Origin: Eledone cirrhosa | Lineage: Eukaryota | Direction of reading: 5' to 3' | Assembly: GCA_964016885.1 (NCBI GenBank) | Contig: OZ024743.1 | Location: 128,960,001-129,024,000 of the forward strand | Length of the DNA stretch: 64,000 nt | Shown here: in pieces, positions 59,101 through 64,000 of the stretch | Numbering within the stretch: the first letter of the stretch is position 1 | How the letters are laid out: each line of letters opens with the position of its first letter | Position numbers and translations under genes: made by a program | The notes under the pieces: model-generated | What the model was told of the DNA's origin: nothing | The model's database searches: none | The model's input: the letters and a program-made list of their open reading frames with translations, nothing else

Positions 59101-62100
59101 AAGCATCAAACACCAAACACCAAGCACCAAGCATCAAACACCAAACACCAAGCACCAAACACCAAGCACAAATCACCATGCATCAAACACCAAGCAGCCA
59201 GCAGCAAGCACCAAACACCAAACACCATACACCAAGCACCAAAAACCAAACACCAAGCACCAAGCACAAAACACCAAGCACCAATCACCAAACACCAAGC
59301 ACCAAGCACCAAGCACCAAACACAAAGCACCAAAGACCAAGCACCAAGCACCAAACACCAAGCACCCAGCACCAAAAACCAAGCACCCAGCACCAAACAC
59401 CAAGCGCCAAACACCAACCACCAAGCACCAAGCACCAAACACCTAACACCAAGCACCAAGCACCAACCACCAAACACCAAGCACCAAGCACCAAGCACCA
59501 AGCACCAAACACCAAGCACCAAACACCAAGCACCAAGCACCAAGCACCAAACACCAAGCACCAAGCACCAAGCATCAAACACCAAACACCAAGCACCAAA
59601 CACCAAGCACCAATCACCATGCATCAAACACCAAGCAGCCAGCAGCAAGCACCAAACACCATACACCAAGCACCAAGCACCAAAAACCAAACACCAAGCA
59701 CCAAGCACCAAACACCAAGCACCAAGCACCAAACACCAAGCACCAAGCACCAAACACCAAGCACCAAAGATCAAGCACCAAGCACCAAATACCAAGCACC
59801 CAGCACCAAACACCAAGCACCCAGCACCAAACACCAAGCACCAAACACCAACCACCCAGCACCAAGCACCAAACACCAAGCACCAAGCACCAAACACCAA
59901 GCACCAGACACCAAGCACCAAACACCAAACACCAAACACCAAGCACCAAACACCAAACACCAAGCACCAGACACCAAGCACCAAACACCAAACACCAAAC
60001 ACCAAGCACCAAGCACCAAACACCAAAAACCAAACACCAAGCACCAAACACCAAACACCAAGCACCAAAAACCAAACACCAAGCACCAGACACCAAGCAC
60101 CAAACACCAAACACCAAGCACCAAACACCAAACACCAAGCACCAAGCACCAAACACCAAGCACCAAAGACCAAACACCAAACAGCAAACACCAAACACCA
60201 TACAGCAAACACTAAACACCAAAAAGCAGACACCAAACAGCAAACACCAAACACGAAACACGAAACACCAAACAGCAAACACCAAACACCAAGCACCAAA
60301 CACCAAGGACCAAGCACCAAACACCTAACACCAAGCACCAAGCACCAAGCACCAAACACCAAGCACCAAACACCAAACATCAAGCACCAAGCACCAAGTA
60401 CCAAACACCAAGAACCAAGAACCAAACACCAAGCACCAAGCACCAAGTACAAACACCAAGTACCAAGCACCAAGCACCAAGCACCAAACACCAAGAACCA
60501 AGCACCAAACACAAAACACCAAGCACCAAGCACCAAGCATCAAACACCAAGCAGCAAACACCAACCACCAAGCACCAAGCACCAAACACAAAGCACCCAG
60601 CACCAAACACCAAGGACCAAGCACCAAGCACCAAAAACCAAACACCAAACACAAAACACAAAGCACCAAGCACCAAACACCAAACTCCAAGCACCAAGCA
60701 CCAAACACGAAGCACCAAGCACCAAACACCAAGCACCAAGCACCAAACACCAAACGCCAAACACCAAACACCAAGAACCAAGAACCAAACACCAATCACC
60801 AAGCACCAAGTACAAACACCAAGCACCAAGCTCCAAGCACCAAACACCAAGCACCAAGCACCAAGCGCAAAACACCAAGCACCAAGCACCAAGCATCAAA
60901 CACCAAGCAGCAAACACCAAACACCAAGCACCAAGCACCAAGCACCAAGCACCAAACACAATGCACCCAGCACCAAACACCAAGGACCAAGCACCAAGCA
61001 CCAAGCACCAAAAACCAAACACGAAACACGAAACACCAAGCACCAAGCACCAAACACCAAACTCCAAGCACCAAGGACCAAACACCAAACACCAAGCACC
61101 ATGCACCAAGCACCAGGCACCAAACACCAAGCACCAAGCACCAAACACCAAGCACCAAGCACCAAACACCAAACACCAAACACCAAACAGCAAACAACAT
61201 ACATCAAACACCAAACACCAAAAAGCAAACACCAAACACCAAACAGCAAACACCAAACAACAAACACCAAACAGCAAACACCAAACACCAAACACCAAGC
61301 ACCAGGCACCAAACACCAAGCACCAAGCACCAAACACCAAGCACCTAGCACCAAACACCAAGCACCAAACACCAAGTACAAACACCAAGCACCAAACACC
61401 AAACACCAAGCACCAAACACCAAGCACCAATCACCAAGCACCAAACACCAAGCAGCCAGCAACAAGCACCAAACACCAAGCACCAAGCACCAAAAACCAG
61501 ACACCAAGCACCAAGCACCAAACACCTAACACCAAGCACCAAGCACCAACCACCAAACACCAAGCACCAAGCACCAAACACCAAGCACCAAACACCAAGC
61601 ACCAAGCACCAAACACCAAGCACCAAGCACCAAACACCAAGCACCAAGCACCAAGCATCAAACACCAAGCACCAAACACCAAACACCAAGCACCAAGCAC
61701 CAAGCATCAAACACCAAGCATATAACACCAAACACCAAGCACCAAGCACCCAGCACCAAACACCAAGCACCAAGCACCAAGCAAAAAGCACCAAACACCA
61801 AGCACCAAACACCAAACACCAAGCACCAAACACCAAACACCAAGCACCAAGCACCAAAAACCAAACACGAAACACGAAACACCAAGCACCAAGCACCAAA
61901 CACCAAACTCCAAGCACCAAGCACCAAACACCAAGCACCAAGCACCAAGCACCAGGCACCAAACACCAAGCACCAAGCACCAAACACCAAGCAACAAGCA
62001 CCAAACACCAAACACCAAACACCAAACACCAAACAACATACAGCAAACACCAAACACCAAAAAGCAAACACCAAACACCAAACAGCAAACACCAAACAAC

Positions 62101-64000
62101 AAACACCAAACAACAAACACCAAACAGCAAACAGCAAACACCAAACACCAAGCACCAAGCACCAAACACTAAGCACCAAACACCAAGCACCAAGCACCAA
62201 ACACCAAACACTAAGCACCAAGCACCAAACAATAAGCACCAAGCACCAAACACCAAGCACCAAACACCAAGCACCAAACACCAAGCACCAAGCACCAAGC
62301 ACCAAACACCAAGCACCAAACACCAAGCACCAAACACCAAGCACCAAGCACCAAACACCAAGCACGAAGCACCAAACACCAAGAACCAAGCACCAAGCAC
62401 CAAGTACAAACACCAAGCACCAAACACCAAACACCAAGCACGAAGCACCAAACACCAAGCACCAATCACCAAGCACCAAACACCAAGCAGCCAGCAGCAA
62501 GCACCAAACACCAAGCACCAAGCACCAAAAACCAGACACCAAGCACCAAGCACCAAACACCTAACACCAAGCACCAAGCACCAAGTACCAAGCACCAAAC
62601 ACCAAGCACCAAACACCAAAGACCAAGCACCAAGCACCAAGCACCAAGCACCAAACACCAAGCACCAAACACCAAGCACCAAACACCAAGCACCAAGCAC
62701 CAAACACCAAGCACCAAGCACCAAACACCAAGCACCAAGCACCAAGCATCAAACACCAAGCACCAAACACCAAACACCAAGCACCAAGCACCAAGCATCA
62801 AACAACAAGCATATAACACCAAACACCAAGCACCAAGCACCCAGCACCAAACACCAAGCACCAAGCACCAAGCAAAAAGCACCAAACACCAAGCACCAAA
62901 CACCAAACACCAAGCACCAAACACCAAACACCAAGCACCAAGCACCAAACACGTAACACCAAGCACCAAACACCAAGCACCAAACACCAACCACCAAACA
63001 CCAAGCACCAAGCACCAAGCACCAAGCACCAAACACCAAGCACCAAACACCAAGCACCAAACACCTAACACCAAGCACCAAGCACCAAGTACCAAGCACC
63101 AAACACCAAGCACCAAACACCAAACACCAAGCACCAAACACCAAACACCAAGCACCAAGCACCAAACACCTAACACCAACCACCAAACACCAACCACCAA
63201 ACACCAAGCACCAAGGACCAAGCACCAAGCACCAAGCACCAAATACCAAGCACCAAACACCAAGCACCAAACACCAAGCACCAAGTACAAACACCAAGCA
63301 CCAAGCACCAAACACCAAGCACCAAGCATCAAACACCAAACACCAAACACCAAGCACCAAGCACCAAGCACCAAGCATCAAACACCAAGCATATAACACC
63401 AAACACCAAGCACCAAGCACCAAACACCAAGAACCAAGCACCAAGCACCAAGTAGAAACACCAATGACCAAGCACCAAACACCAAACACCAAGCACCAAA
63501 CACCAAGCACCAAGCACCAAGCATCAAACACCAAACACCAAGCACCAAGCATCAAACACCAAACACCAAGCACCAAACACCAAGCACAAATCACCATGCA
63601 TCAAACACCAAGCAGCCAGCAGCAAGCACCAAACACCAAACACCATACACCAAGCACCAAAAACAAAACACCAAGCACCAAGCACCAAACACCAAGCACC
63701 AATCACCAAACACCAAGCACCAAGCACCAAGCACCAAACACAAAGCACCAAAGACCAAGCACCAAGCACCAAACACCAAGCACCCAGCACCAAAAACCAA
63801 GCACCCAGCACCAAACACCAAGCGCCAAACACCAACCACCAAGCACCAAGCACCAAACACCAAACACCAAGCACCAAGCACCAACCACCAAACACCAAGC
63901 ACCAAGCACCAAGCACCAAGCACCAAACACCAAGCACCAAACACCAAGCACCAAGCACCAAGCACCAAACACCAAGCACCAAGCACCAAGCATCAAACAC
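48780..64000 (+). repeat. Right-hand HOR family: related units of 4726, 5529 and 4418 bp plus a partial unit
   Basis: Marker TAGAAACACCAATGACC at 48780, 53506, 59035 and 63453. ORF offsets 48791/53517/59046, 51544/55467 (3923), 58048/62466 (4418), 46637/56892 (10255). Confidence 0.9.
50046..51664 (+). repeat. 803-bp tandem duplication (115 monomers)
   Basis: Offsets 50070/50873, 50125/50928, 50285/51088, 50576/51379, 50741/51544 = 803, with identical translations over the shared spans. Confidence 0.95.

Larger units (their letters stand above)
1..64000 (+). repeat. Heptamer tandem satellite (CACCAAG/CACCAAA)n, ~9,150 monomers, extending past both window ends
   Basis: Every line parses into 7-bp CACCAAR units with scattered variants (CACCTAA, CATCAAA, CACTAAG, TACCAAG, GACCAAG, AACCAAG, CACCCAG, CAGCAAA, CACCAAT). 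The + strand is C/A-rich and nearly T-free throughout. No inversion or non-repeat insert seen. Confidence 0.99.

Noticed and set aside
111-64000. Hundreds of overlapping ORFs as real CDS (membrane-like on -, mucin-like on +)
   Set aside because: They occur in all frames on both strands with the same 7-aa cycle and have no unique domain or distinct N-terminus. Starts and stops are chance monomer variants duplicated with the HORs.
1-64000. CRISPR array or other repeat-spacer system (recurrent cassettes separated by variable tracts)
   Set aside because: The intervening tracts are the same heptamer and are themselves duplicated. There are no unique spacers, constant spacing, leader or cas genes.
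1-64000. Canonical telomerase-made telomere tract (TTTAGGG, TTAGGG, TTAGG)
   Set aside because: The consensus does not match. CCTAA occurs only in isolated CACCTAA variants, and variants are inherited in kilobase HORs.
1-64000. Cyanobacterial STRR heptamers (e.g. CCCCA(A/G)T) or Drosophila virilis heptamer satellites (ACAAACT family)
   Set aside because: Same unit length but different sequence. STRRs form short dispersed tracts, not arrays over 64 kb.
1-64000. Strong G-quadruplex or i-motif array
   Set aside because: The consensus has only GG/CC doublets, so at most weak two-tier structures are possible. This cannot be supported from sequence alone.
1-64000. Embedded transposon, RNA gene, inversion or unique island
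   Set aside because: Reading through the window I found no stretch departing from the heptamer register for more than a couple of monomers and no strand switch. The ORF track shows no non-repeat peptide.
1-64000. Low-complexity sequencing artefact or random synthetic repeat
   Set aside because: Nested duplications with graded divergence, regional marker variants and consistent length arithmetic fit an evolved array. Exact copy numbers still need read support.

Overview
The whole 64 kb window is one uninterrupted, single-orientation tandem satellite of a 7-bp monomer, CACCAA(A/G) (minus strand (T/C)TTGGTG), about 9,150 monomers long. I found no unique sequence, genuine gene, RNA gene, CRISPR array or mobile element. 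All listed ORFs are a by-product of the repeat: the consensus has no stop codon in any of the six frames and gives the same 7-aa cycle in every frame (HQAPSTK/HQTPNTK on +, VLGAWCL/VFGVWCL on -). The real structure lies in the order of A- and G-ending monomers plus rare variant monomers, which is copied faithfully in kilobase higher-order repeats (HORs). HOR periods change along the window: 4092/4489 bp (1-20 kb), ~2.1 and ~4.7 kb (18.7-29 kb), ~5.6-6.0 kb (29.4-41 kb) and 3.6-5.5 kb (43-64 kb), with nested 188, 258, 384, 490, 803 and ~1530 bp sub-repeats. Every period I checked equals a whole number of heptamers minus the counted 6-bp monomers, so the 7-bp register is very strictly kept. This resembles eukaryotic centromeric, pericentromeric or subtelomeric satellite, but organism and function cannot be determined from the sequence. 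Coordinates come from manual reading and ORF-track offsets, so HOR boundaries are approximate to a few monomers.
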